Of a DNA stretch of 64,000 bases, positions 8,249 through 17,953 are shown piece after piece. Under the pieces are notes generated by a model. It was given only the letters and a program-made list of their open reading frames with translations. It was not told the origin of the DNA and made no database searches. The number at the start of each line of letters is the position of its first letter. Within the stretch, counting starts at the first letter, position 1. Where the stretch lies: positions 1-64,000 of IMG/VR virus record IMGVR_UViG_3300020370_000002; one strand, 5' to 3'. The translations under genes were made by a program, and so were the position numbers. Source of the stretch: a virus.

Positions 8249-8700
8249 TGGCAAATGAAAGGCAGTATACCTCTCGAAGAGCAGGAATCACAACCGCATT
8301 AGCCAAAAAAATCGGTGAAATTGATGGGAGAGGATTATACCATCAATCAATTGCTGAAACAAGTCCTCGGTTAAAGTTTTGGGACGAAGTTGAAGAGTTT
8401 CCCGCAGTACATTTAAATGCAGGAGGTGAAACAAGGGAATACCAAACAGGAGGCTATAAAGATAGATTTTTGAATGTAACAGTTCGCTGTTATGTAAATC
8501 AAGAAGATTCAGTTACTGCTTTAGACGAGCTGCTAGAAGATGTAGAAACCGTAATAGAAGAAAATGGTAGGTTACAATACTTTGATAGAAATGGGCTAGA
8601 GCAGCATACTCAACAAATCACTATAGTTAGTATAGATACTGATGAAGGTGTACTAGATCCTCTAGGGGTAGGAGAAATACTTATAGAGGTTCGTTATTAG
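8248..8700 (+). CDS. Tail terminator (T5 p142-like)
   Basis: KFWDEVEEFP...ETREY...SIDTDEG motifs; immediately before the tail tube gene. Confidence 0.8.
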   Translation: MANERQYTSRRAGITTALAKKIGEIDGRGLYHQSIAETSPRLKFWDEVEEFPAVHLNAGGETREYQTGGYKDRFLNVTVRCYVNQEDSVTALDELLEDVETVIEENGRLQYFDRNGLEQHTQQITIVSIDTDEGVLDPLGVGEILIEVRY

Positions 8701-8761
8701 AAAATACGGGCACGAACAAACGTTCACGACCCTGTCTTTTCAAGTTCATAGGAGATAATCC

Positions 8762-10429
8762 ATGGCACAACAACTATATTTTAGCCGTGATACGAGAATG
8801 TTCATACAATTTCGTAACGTTGCTGATAATACAGAGGCAGCTGCGAATTTAGGTAAGGGTGAACTGTGGGAAGTTCCCGTACTTGATGGATACAGCTTCT
8901 CGCAAACTACAAATACTTCTGAGATAACTCTCGCGGAAATGGAAAGTACAGCAGGTATCAGTAGACGAGGTCGTCGTATGTTTACAGACTCATTGGCACC
9001 TGCCGAATGGTCTTTTTCAACATATATTCGTCCTTTTGTATCTAAAGCTGGCTCTGCTACTCCTGCGGGAACGCGAGCAGCCTCTGATGCTACCGAAACC
9101 CATGCGGTAGAAGAGTGTTTGTGGGCAGCTATGTTTGGCGCAGATACTTATACAACAGGAAGTGGCTTTACCCGAGCTACAAACCCTGCGGTTTCGGGCG
9201 GTGAAGTTATTACACCAGCAGCCGCAACCTCGGTAATTAGTATTGCTGAATCTAACAGAGCGGCATTGACAGGTTTCACCATCTTTTTCGTAATTGATAC
9301 AGCTACTTCCAACCCTCTTGTATATCGTATGCCAGAAGCGGTTGTAAACGAAGTTTCTGTAGACTTTGATGTTGATGGTATTGCTACTCTTAACTGGAGC
9401 GGGTTTGCTAAAGAAATTCAAGATCATTCAGGCTCAGTTATTATTAATAGTGTTCGACCTACTGTAGGTAATGCAACTAAAGATGGTTCTACAATGGTTG
9501 TTGGTGACATCTTTATTGATACCGCCAATGCAGCAGGTAGAGCAATTCACTTAATTAAATCTTTGCCAGGAAGCGGCCAGCTTGGAACAGCAAATGTCAC
9601 CCAAGCAATCGATGAAGGTACTACTAGTACTAAGAACTTTATTCGAAACCGACTAACTTCTGTAGATATTGAAGCAGCAGACAACAGTGATAAAACTCCG
9701 ACAATTTTTCCAGGAAACTCTGTGTCAATTACAGGACTTACTAAAGCTAATCCTGCGGTTGCTACTGCAGCAGCACACGGATTTAAAGTGGGCGATGTAG
9801 TATTTATAACAGGTACTTGTGCAATAACGTCTGGAGGAACTGATGTTCTTCAAAATATTGCTCATACTATTACAGCAGTTGCTACTAATACATTTACTAT
9901 TGGTGCATTGAATACGTCCGCGGCTTCGGGGTCGTTTAGTGCAAGTAATCTAGTAGCATGTAATGGTAAGTACAGCCTTGTACTGACAGGTGGAAGTTTT
10001 ACACTTGGAAACAATGTAACATACTTAGTACCGGAAGAATTAGGTGCAATTAACAAGCCGCTCGAACACGTAACTGGAAACCGAGCTGCTACTGGTAACG
10101 CTACTTGTTACTTAACTCTGGAGGACGCAGATATTACGTCAGGTACTTCACGACAGTTCTTTAATGACTTAGTAGGTACTGGTGCAATGTCCAAAGTTGT
10201 GAACAAATTTAAAGTAACAATGGATATTGGTGGCGCAACTGCAGCAACTTCAGGTAGTAATGAACCTGCACTAAAGATTGCGTTCCCGACAGCACACATT
10301 GAAGTACCAACTCACTCGATAGAGGACGTTCTATCGCTAGAAACAAACTTTACCGCACTTCCGACAGACTTCGGAACAGCCGACGAAGTTAGTGCAATCA
10401 CCTACTTCCCAGTAGACGATTACGCATAA
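8762..10429 (+). CDS. Major tail tube protein (T5 pb6-like)
   Basis: PVLDGYSFSQ, PAEWSFSTYIRP, DIDGIAT-like and PTAHIEVPTH motifs; internal beta-rich insert; SD AGGAG. Confidence 0.88.
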   Translation: MAQQLYFSRDTRMFIQFRNVADNTEAAANLGKGELWEVPVLDGYSFSQTTNTSEITLAEMESTAGISRRGRRMFTDSLAPAEWSFSTYIRPFVSKAGSATPAGTRAASDATETHAVEECLWAAMFGADTYTTGSGFTRATNPAVSGGEVITPAAATSVISIAESNRAALTGFTIFFVIDTATSNPLVYRMPEAVVNEVSVDFDVDGIATLNWSGFAKEIQDHSGSVIINSVRPTVGNATKDGSTMVVGDIFIDTANAAGRAIHLIKSLPGSGQLGTANVTQAIDEGTTSTKNFIRNRLTSVDIEAADNSDKTPTIFPGNSVSITGLTKANPAVATAAAHGFKVGDVVFITGTCAITSGGTDVLQNIAHTITAVATNTFTIGALNTSAASGSFSASNLVACNGKYSLVLTGGSFTLGNNVTYLVPEELGAINKPLEHVTGNRAATGNATCYLTLEDADITSGTSRQFFNDLVGTGAMSKVVNKFKVTMDIGGATAATSGSNEPALKIAFPTAHIEVPTHSIEDVLSLETNFTALPTDFGTADEVSAITYFPVDDYA

Positions 10430-10434
10430 AGGGG

Positions 10435-10457
10435 AAAGGGGCTTCGGCCCCTTTTTT
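10435..10457 (+). terminator. Intrinsic terminator after the tail tube gene
   Basis: AAAGGGGC-TTCG-GCCCCTTT-TTT (cUUCGg tetraloop). Confidence 0.9.
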
Positions 10458-10480
10458 CACTCACCCTACAAAAATAATTC

Positions 10481-10509
10481 TTGACATTTATTGTCTTTTC
10501 CCGTATAAT
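10481..10509 (+). promoter_or_regulatory. Consensus sigma70 promoter
   Basis: AAAAATAATTC-TTGACA-N17-TATAAT. Confidence 0.88.
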
Positions 10510-10538
10510 TTACTTTTATAAATAAGGATTTATCTAAA

Positions 10539-10982
10539 ATGACCGATACAAAAACAGCACCTAAGAAAGAGCCAGTTCCATTAAAGAGTCTAATGACTCC
10601 AAGCAAAACAATTACCTTTGATTATCCAGGGTATGAAGGTTTTACAGTAGATTTATGTTTTCTGGCAAGGGAAGGTCTTTTAAAACTTAGGAAAAAATGT
10701 TTATCAACACGGTGGGATAAAAAAACACGTCAACCCGTAGAAGAGTTAGATGATGATAAATTTTTAGTAGAATACTCAGCAGCAGTTATTAAAGGATGGA
10801 AAGGATTAAAATATTCATACTTAGAAGAGCTTCTTTTGGTGGATGTTTCTCAGTTTGATCCTGATGATGAACTGCCATATACACAAGACAATGCAGAAAC
10901 GTTAATGCAAAACGGGTCTGATTTTGATTCTTGGGTTACGGAAATGGTCGGTGACCTTGAAAATTTTACGAGGAACAAGTAG
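10539..10982 (+). CDS. Tail assembly chaperone (gpG-equivalent)
   Basis: Between tail tube and tape measure; AVIKGWKGL motif; slippery site near the 3' end. Confidence 0.85.
   Translation: MTDTKTAPKKEPVPLKSLMTPSKTITFDYPGYEGFTVDLCFLAREGLLKLRKKCLSTRWDKKTRQPVEELDDDKFLVEYSAAVIKGWKGLKYSYLEELLLVDVSQFDPDDELPYTQDNAETLMQNGSDFDSWVTEMVGDLENFTRNK
10961..10967 (+). promoter_or_regulatory. -1 programmed ribosomal frameshift heptamer A AAT TTT
   Basis: X XXY YYZ in the correct phase; the -1 frame is closed by TGA at 10958-10960 and open from 10961 to 11389. Confidence 0.8.
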
Positions 10983-11389
10983 CAGAAATAATTAAGCTAC
11001 TTGAGCGTTATGTAAATGAGGCATCAACTATTGATGTAGAAAAGTACCTACGTATATGTGAACAGCTAGGTGAAGAACCTGACCCAAAAAGAATGCCACT
11101 TGAAGCCTCTGCTTTTCCAGAGGAAGTTCAAATGGCATTTTTTATGTCTGATTTAGTTTCAGAAAGATGGGAGGGAATGTCTGGTACTTACATGGGGAAA
11201 AACTGGATAGAAACAGACCAACTGTTTAGTCTATATGAAATTGACAATCCTCAAGAAATTTTATACTTCATGAAGATATATGATAGTTTTATTCAAAAGA
11301 AACGAATGGAAGAGCAAGAGAGAAGACGTAAAAAAGACGAACGAAAAAGCGGTGGAGGTAAAACTTACACCCATAATGTGCAGGGATAA
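10961..11389 (+). CDS. Frameshifted C-terminal chaperone segment (gpT-equivalent)
   Basis: The -1 frame reads YEEQVAEIIKLLERY...KYLRICEQLGEEPDPKR into the tracked 11093 ORF; 44 open codons precede that ATG. Confidence 0.8.
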   Translation, partial: KFYEEQVAEIIKLLERYVNEASTIDVEKYLRICEQLGEEPDPKRMPLEASAFPEEVQMAFFMSDLVSERWEGMSGTYMGKNWIETDQLFSLYEIDNPQEILYFMKIYDSFIQKKRMEEQERRRKKDERKSGGGKTYTHNVQG

Positions 11390-14300
11390 TGGCAAAAGAT
11401 AAGGTCACAGTAGACGTAAAGGTAGATGATAAGGGCACTACCAAAAAAGTTGGTTTAGGTGCTCAAGGTGCTGCAGACGGCTTAGAAAGAATGGGCAGAG
11501 CTGCTCAAACTTCAGACCGAAGATTAAAAGGTGCTGCACAAACTTCTGCAAACTCTACGAAAAACAATGCAAAAATGATGCAAGGCATATCGGGAGGTCT
11601 TGTTCCCGCCTATGCAACTCTTGCAGCTAATGTCTTTGCCCTGACTGCGGCATTTAATTTCTTTAAACGAGCGGCAGATGTCGCAAACTTAGAGAAGAGT
11701 CAAAAATCTTTTGCAGCCAGTACAGGTACTGCAATGGGTACTCTAACAAAAAGATTACAAGAAGCATCAGGAGGAATGCTGGGCTTTAGAGAAGCAGCTG
11801 CAGCAACTGCTATTGGAGTTGCAAAAGGTTTCTCAGGCAAGCAAATGGAAGATTTAGCTGTTGGAGCACAAAAAGCTTCTGCAGCATTAGGCGTTGGTTT
11901 CGAGGATGCTTTTGATAGACTTGTTCGAGGTGCATCAAAAGCAGAACCAGAACTTTTAGACGAATTAGGTATAACATTAAGACTTGAAGAAGCAACGCAA
12001 CGATATGGAGAAGCCATAGGAAAAAATGCAAAAGATTTAACAACTTTTGAGAGAAGCCAAGCAGTATTACTCGAAACTCAACGACAGTTAAATGAACAGT
12101 TTGGAGAGGCAGATGCAATTCAAAATCCCTATGTTAGACTTCAAAAAACCTTCGAAGAAATAGTAAAGCAAGTTACTGAATTTTTTCTTCCTGCATTTAA
12201 TACTCTTGCAAATTTCTTAGCTGAAAACGCAAAATTAGCTGCTGTAATTTTTGGCCTATTAGCGGCTTCAATAATTAAAAGCATTCCCGGTGTACAAGAA
12301 CTAACCGATAAAGTATTAGATTTTGGAAAGGGTTCTAGCGCAGGCGTAATGGATGCTATAGATGACTGGTCCGCCTATAATGCGAAGCTAAAGGAAACGA
12401 AAAGAACTCTAGCGGATATTAAAGACAAAGCTTTAAAGAAAACCACTGGAATTGCAAAGCAGCTTGTTGAAGGAGGAAGCAAAAGTAAAATAGTAGGAAA
12501 AGTAGCAAGAGGCGAAACGCTAGGAAGAGGAGACGCAAAAAAACTACAAGCAGCCTTGGACAGAGCAGAGGCACAATATAAAAAGCACGGTAAAATTGTA
12601 AGTGGAATTTTTAAAGGAGAAGATATAAAAAGATTTAAGCATTTTAAATCTTCTTTTGAGCAAAGTCAAAGAACCTCAAGAACCTTTTTTCAAGTTTTAC
12701 AGTCGGGTTACGGAAAGGCAACACGAGGAACAAAAATACTCGGAAAAAGTATTAAAACAGCAATTATTGCTCCTTATCGTCTAGCGACCAAAGTAGCAAG
12801 AGGAGCTGCGAAAGCTTTTAGTATGGCTGGAAAAGCTACTGTAGTTCTTGCTGTAGTTGGTACAGTTTTAACTGGCTTAAAACAAATGGCTGAAGCACCT
12901 GCAACTGTGCTTAAGAATTTTATAAGCTTTATAGCTGGTATAGCAAAGGGCGTACAGTTTGGTGTTAATCTTGTTATCGACGGTATAAATGCTTTACTTA
13001 ATAAACTCCCTGATAGAGTTAAAAAGTTAATTGGTTTAGAAGAAGGCGAAGTTTTTATAGGACAAGTTACTTTTGCAGACGGTTTAGAGCAGCGATTACT
13101 TGAAATGGATATGGTTGCGGGTAAACTAAAAGAGTTTGAAAAAATTGAAGAAGCAAATGATGCTATAAAAGCAGTTGATAAAAACTTAGAAAATCTTAAG
13201 GAAACAGCAGAGACGGCAGGAGAAGACTTAAAAAATGCTCTTAAAGGTATAGCTAAGCTGCCTGCGGGTGCAAAAAGAGATCTGGTAAAAGCAACCACTA
13301 TAAGTACTCTTCAAATAGCGGAGCAAGTAAAAGAAGCGCAAGATAAATCCTTTAGTCCTCAGCAACGAAAAGAAGCCTTAGAGAATGTAGTAAAAGGACT
13401 TAAAGAGGAGCAGCTAAAAGCACTTGGTCTCGACATTGTACAAGCAATCAGAGATGGAAACTCAGCCCTAATAGAAGGTATCGAAATTGAAAATAGAGAT
13501 TTTGCAGCAAAAACTAATGCTTTTAGTGATGCTTTAAACAACTTAAGTCAACTGTCTGGGAAGACAAAAAGCCAACAATTAGAGTTCTTGGAGGTTTTAA
13601 GAGACCAAGGTATAGAGCTGATAGAAACAGCAGAGAGAACTGGTAAATTAACCGATGCTCAGAAAGACTTAGATAAGGTTTTCGGTAACACTGGGGGATT
13701 AGAAGCTTACATTGATCGTTTAAGAGCAGCCAGAGATGAGCTTGAAAGAATAGACAACAAACTGCAAGAAATAGCACTGAGGGCGCTTCGACGAGAAGGA
13801 ACGTTTCTTCCTAAAGGCTATAACGACTTCTTGTCACAGCAGGATACGATAGATAAAGCTCAAGCCGAGGCCGACAGGGCCATGCAGAACCTTAGAGACG
13901 CACAAGCCGACGAAAGAATGTTTCAAGAAGATCCCGGATCTCGAACTAAATTATTTGGGGGTAAAACTCTGGACGACATGTCGGACGCCACCAAGAAAGC
14001 AGAACAAGAGGCAGACACTTTAAATGCGAAACTAGTAAAAACTCAAAAAGAAATGAGTACTATTGGTCAAATTGGACAAGTAGTTACTGATGGTCTCTAT
14101 AAAGGTTTTGAGGATGCTTTTGCCGGTCTAATTGATGGAACTAGAAGCGCAAAAGACGCTTTTAAAGACATGGCAAAAAGTATGTTAACCATGATAGCAC
14201 AACTTATTAGTAGGATGCTAGTAGCTCAAGCTTTGACAGCGTTATTAGGCGGCTTCATGGGTGCTTCGGCAAGTCCTTCTTTAGGGATGACTGATATGCC

Positions 14301-14679
14301 GCAACTAGACCCTGGTTTGATGTACGCAAGGGGTGGAGGTATTTTTGAGCCAGACCACGGCAGAGGTTATCGTAGAGGTGGAATTGCACGGGGACGAGAT
14401 GCAGGCTACCCCGCAATGTTACACGGTACAGAAGCAGTAATACCTTTAGGACAAAATAAACATATTCCTGTTGAAATGAAAGGCGGAGGGGGAATGGGAA
14501 CACAAAATAATGTCTCTATTAATGTAAATATTGATAAGAATGGAAATAGTGACGAAACCAGCACTTCCGACAGCACTCAAGGCGAAACTTTAGGTAAAGC
14601 AGTATCAAGAGCTGTACAAGAAGAATTACAGTATCAAAAACGTTCAGGGGGCATTCTTAACCCTTATGGAGTATCATAA
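11389..14679 (+). CDS. Tape measure protein
   Basis: 1096 aa, Ala-rich and helical; T5 pb2-like N-terminus (GLVPAYA, EPELLDELGI); lambda-family C-terminus (ARGG...GTEAVIPL). Confidence 0.93.
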   Translation: MAKDKVTVDVKVDDKGTTKKVGLGAQGAADGLERMGRAAQTSDRRLKGAAQTSANSTKNNAKMMQGISGGLVPAYATLAANVFALTAAFNFFKRAADVANLEKSQKSFAASTGTAMGTLTKRLQEASGGMLGFREAAAATAIGVAKGFSGKQMEDLAVGAQKASAALGVGFEDAFDRLVRGASKAEPELLDELGITLRLEEATQRYGEAIGKNAKDLTTFERSQAVLLETQRQLNEQFGEADAIQNPYVRLQKTFEEIVKQVTEFFLPAFNTLANFLAENAKLAAVIFGLLAASIIKSIPGVQELTDKVLDFGKGSSAGVMDAIDDWSAYNAKLKETKRTLADIKDKALKKTTGIAKQLVEGGSKSKIVGKVARGETLGRGDAKKLQAALDRAEAQYKKHGKIVSGIFKGEDIKRFKHFKSSFEQSQRTSRTFFQVLQSGYGKATRGTKILGKSIKTAIIAPYRLATKVARGAAKAFSMAGKATVVLAVVGTVLTGLKQMAEAPATVLKNFISFIAGIAKGVQFGVNLVIDGINALLNKLPDRVKKLIGLEEGEVFIGQVTFADGLEQRLLEMDMVAGKLKEFEKIEEANDAIKAVDKNLENLKETAETAGEDLKNALKGIAKLPAGAKRDLVKATTISTLQIAEQVKEAQDKSFSPQQRKEALENVVKGLKEEQLKALGLDIVQAIRDGNSALIEGIEIENRDFAAKTNAFSDALNNLSQLSGKTKSQQLEFLEVLRDQGIELIETAERTGKLTDAQKDLDKVFGNTGGLEAYIDRLRAARDELERIDNKLQEIALRALRREGTFLPKGYNDFLSQQDTIDKAQAEADRAMQNLRDAQADERMFQEDPGSRTKLFGGKTLDDMSDATKKAEQEADTLNAKLVKTQKEMSTIGQIGQVVTDGLYKGFEDAFAGLIDGTRSAKDAFKDMAKSMLTMIAQLISRMLVAQALTALLGGFMGASASPSLGMTDMPQLDPGLMYARGGGIFEPDHGRGYRRGGIARGRDAGYPAMLHGTEAVIPLGQNKHIPVEMKGGGGMGTQNNVSINVNIDKNGNSDETSTSDSTQGETLGKAVSRAVQEELQYQKRSGGILNPYGVS

Positions 14680-15281
14680 TGGCTATAGGATTTATAGCAA
14701 CAAATATTACTGCAACAAAAGTAGTCCCAGATAAGTCATTAACTCAATCAAGTTCTCCTAAAATATTGAGGTCTGATTTTGGTGATGGGTATTCACAAAG
14801 AGTCGTAGATGGAATAAATTCAATTACGGAAACTTATAGTTTATCTTTTACAAATAGAACAAAAGCAGAAGCAGATGATATAATAGCATTTTTTAATTCA
14901 ACTAAAGGGGTTACCTCTTTTGAGTTCACTTATCCTGATACTAATTCAACTAGTACAGCAACAGCTGTAACAGCATCTAGTGTAAGCAGCAGCACATCAA
15001 TTGTACTTACTAATGTTCCTGGTAATAATCTAAATATAAGTCCTAATGCATCGATTACAGGAACAGGAGTTACAACAGGTCCTGCACCCACTGTGGAGAG
15101 CATATCCGGAACAGCTTTAGTTGTAAATACAGCACAGAATATCAATAGCGGGGTAACTTTAACTTTTACAAATCCAAATGAAAGAACAATAAAAGTGATT
15201 GCATCAAATTGGAATCTTCTTTTTAATAATGCTAATCATTACTCTGTAACTACTTCACTTGAGAGAGTATACGAACCATGA
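14679..15281 (+). CDS. Distal tail protein, lambda gpM-like, with insertion
   Basis: FGDGYSQRVVDGIN and FF...GVTSFEFT motifs. Confidence 0.85.
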   Translation: MAIGFIATNITATKVVPDKSLTQSSSPKILRSDFGDGYSQRVVDGINSITETYSLSFTNRTKAEADDIIAFFNSTKGVTSFEFTYPDTNSTSTATAVTASSVSSSTSIVLTNVPGNNLNISPNASITGTGVTTGPAPTVESISGTALVVNTAQNINSGVTLTFTNPNERTIKVIASNWNLLFNNANHYSVTTSLERVYEP

Positions 15282-16567
15282 GCGATACAATAGCAACAGA
15301 TGCCCAGTCTTTAGAAGTAACAACTGGACTCATAGATCTTTATGAAATAGAGATAGGCACAGGTACTAATAATACTTTATATTTTTATGGTGGAAAAGAC
15401 TTAGAGAATGGGGACGCAAATAAAGACGTAATTTTTGACGGTAATACTTATATCGGACTTCCTATAGTGGTGGAGGGTATCGAGAAAAAAGCCGACGGAG
15501 CCATGGCTCGTCCTACAATGGTTGTTGCAAATATAGAAAGTATTGTAAAAACCGGAGCAGACTTTAAAACTGAAATGGAAGACGGTACTTGGGACTCTAT
15601 TTGGAATGGAGAGATAGTTAACGCAGCCAATTTTAAAATGGAAACTTTAATTGGGCAGAGAGTAACAAGAAGAAGAACCTTTGAAAAATATACAGGAAGT
15701 GGAGTGAGCCCTTACGAGTTTCCAAAAGAAACATTCATTATTGATAGAATAAGTAACAAGACTTTGTTATTTGTAGAGCTAGAACTATCTTCTCCGATGG
15801 ACTTAGCAGGTACTCGTATCCCAAGAAGAGCCGTTATAGGTAAATACTGTCCTTGGGTTTATCAAGCATATGATAAAACAAATAAAAAAAGTGGGTGTTT
15901 TTGGAAAGTAAACGGGCAGATAAGAGACGCAAATAACACGTATACTTATTATTTTACCGGCGATGATGAGCCTATAGTAAATGCTGCTCTTCTAACAGGA
16001 AGCACGAATGATTTTTGGAAGGGGGCTTACAGCAGCTCTACTTCTTATGCTAAGGGTGACTATGTGTCTCAGACTGTTGCTCAAACAGACAGAAATACAG
16101 GTAGTTCTTATAATGAAACACTTTTTTGGAGATCCGAAGCAGCAAGCAATCAAGGAAACACACCTAGTACAGCAAGCGCAACTTGGCAGCAAGTAAGAAC
16201 TTTTACTGCTTGGAGTAATTCAACCTCTTATACTATAAATAATGAATCTCCTTTTCCTGATTTTAAGAAAAATCCTTACGTTTCTTATGGGGATGGTACG
16301 GGAAATCATAGTGAAACAGACCCTACTGTTACTATTTGGAGGGCTATTGCTCCAAGTACTAATGTTGCACCAGGAACAGACCCGTCTGTTTGGGTAAGAG
16401 GTGATGTTTGTGGAAAGTTGTTAAAGTCTTGCAAAATACGATATCAAGCAGTTCCTAGAATGACTGGAAACAGCTATGATTTGGGTAGCTCAATTATACA
16501 CGCAGAGCTAAATAGCTCTTCTGCGTTACCTTTTGGAGGTTTTCCAGGGAGCAGGAAGTTTAGATAA
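15278..16567 (+). CDS. Tail tip protein, lambda gpL-like
   Basis: CPWVY, GC, CGK.L.SC and FGGFPG motifs (four Cys); ELELSSPMDL. Confidence 0.88.
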   Translation: MSDTIATDAQSLEVTTGLIDLYEIEIGTGTNNTLYFYGGKDLENGDANKDVIFDGNTYIGLPIVVEGIEKKADGAMARPTMVVANIESIVKTGADFKTEMEDGTWDSIWNGEIVNAANFKMETLIGQRVTRRRTFEKYTGSGVSPYEFPKETFIIDRISNKTLLFVELELSSPMDLAGTRIPRRAVIGKYCPWVYQAYDKTNKKSGCFWKVNGQIRDANNTYTYYFTGDDEPIVNAALLTGSTNDFWKGAYSSSTSYAKGDYVSQTVAQTDRNTGSSYNETLFWRSEAASNQGNTPSTASATWQQVRTFTAWSNSTSYTINNESPFPDFKKNPYVSYGDGTGNHSETDPTVTIWRAIAPSTNVAPGTDPSVWVRGDVCGKLLKSCKIRYQAVPRMTGNSYDLGSSIIHAELNSSSALPFGGFPGSRKFR

Positions 16568-17268
16568 TGAATTTAGAAGAAATTGAAGAACATTTTAAAA
16601 AAGAATATCCAAGAGAAGGCTGTGGAGTTTTATCTGTTGTAAAAGGAAAGAAAAAGTTTTTTCCTTGCACAAACGTCGCAGAAGAAGATAAAGATTTTAT
16701 AATTGATTCAAATGAATATATAAAACTTCTTCGTACCACAGATATTATTGGAATAGTACATAGTCATCCTGATGCTTCATCAGAGCCATCAGAGTCAGAT
16801 AAAAAACAGTGCAATGCTTTAGGGATACCTTATTATATATTTAGCTATCCTGAAATGGACCTTACAGTGGTTGAGCCAGAAAAAAATCTTACAGATCTGT
16901 ATGGAAGAGAATATGAATTTGGTGTACTAGATTGTTTTGAGGCTATGAGAGACTATTTAAAGTCTAAAGGAATAGAAATACCTCCAAGAGCCTTATTTGA
17001 AGATGATTGGTGGGAAAAAGGAGAACTTGATTACTTCTCCGCAGAAGTAATAAAAGATTGGGGCGGACAGCCCATTGACATAAACTCAGATCTACAAGAA
17101 AATGATGTTCTTATATTTAAAGTAGAAGCAGAGAGAAACAACCATTGTGGAGTTTATTTAGGAAACGATATATTTTATCATCATGCAGTAAATAGGTTAT
17201 CTTGTAGAGAAAATATATATCCTTTTTGGCATAAGTATTTAATAGGAGCGTATAGATATGTTGCGTAA
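16567..17268 (+). CDS. Tail tip assembly protein, lambda gpK-like (JAB + NlpC/P60)
   Basis: YPREGCG, HSHP...PSESD JAB motif; GVLDCF and NHCGVYLG NlpC motifs. Confidence 0.92.
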   Translation: MNLEEIEEHFKKEYPREGCGVLSVVKGKKKFFPCTNVAEEDKDFIIDSNEYIKLLRTTDIIGIVHSHPDASSEPSESDKKQCNALGIPYYIFSYPEMDLTVVEPEKNLTDLYGREYEFGVLDCFEAMRDYLKSKGIEIPPRALFEDDWWEKGELDYFSAEVIKDWGGQPIDINSDLQENDVLIFKVEAERNNHCGVYLGNDIFYHHAVNRLSCRENIYPFWHKYLIGAYRYVA

Positions 17269-17953
17269 TGTTTATTTAGAGGGAGAAATGGGAGAAAAGT
17301 TTGGAACAAACTTTCAAGTCCATGCTGAAACTGTGCAAGATGTTTTAAAATGTATGGAAGCAAATCATCCCTCATTTAAAAAGTATCTTATCGACTGTCA
17401 TGAAGAAGATGTAGGTTTTATTATTGATGTTGCAGATAATAATTTAGAGTATGCAGAAGAGTGCTTAATGGAAGTAGGAGAGGGAGATATTACTATTACT
17501 CCTGCAGCTATGGGATCAAAGTCTGCACTAGGAAAAATTCTTGCAGCGATACTAATAGTTGTTGTTACAGTATGGGCAGTTAGTACATTTGGTGCGGGCA
17601 CTACATTGTTCGCAAAATTTGCTGGATTAACTGGTGTCGCTAAATTCGCAGCTTTTATGGCTTTAGGGGTTGCCACAAACTTAGCTATGGCAGGTATTAT
17701 GCAAATGATGGCACCTGATCCTTCAACAGACTCAGACCAAGAAGAAAGTTATTTATTCAATGGGGCCGCTTCTAATGTAATCGAAGGAGATCCTGTACCT
17801 GTTCTATACGGGCAACTTAGAGTTCCTGGGCAGCCTATAAGTTTCGAAGTATCAGGAGTTTCTTCTTATAGTAATACATATGCAACCAGTCGTGGTGGGG
17901 GCTCCGCTGGTGCTTCTGTAACTTCTAACTCGACTGTTGTAGGGAGAGCGTAA
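17258..17953 (+). CDS. Tail tip assembly protein, lambda gpI-like
   Basis: LEGEMGEKFG N-terminus, TM-like middle, SYLFNG...EGDPVPVLYG. Confidence 0.88.
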   Translation: MLRNVYLEGEMGEKFGTNFQVHAETVQDVLKCMEANHPSFKKYLIDCHEEDVGFIIDVADNNLEYAEECLMEVGEGDITITPAAMGSKSALGKILAAILIVVVTVWAVSTFGAGTTLFAKFAGLTGVAKFAAFMALGVATNLAMAGIMQMMAPDPSTDSDQEESYLFNGAASNVIEGDPVPVLYGQLRVPGQPISFEVSGVSSYSNTYATSRGGGSAGASVTSNSTVVGRA

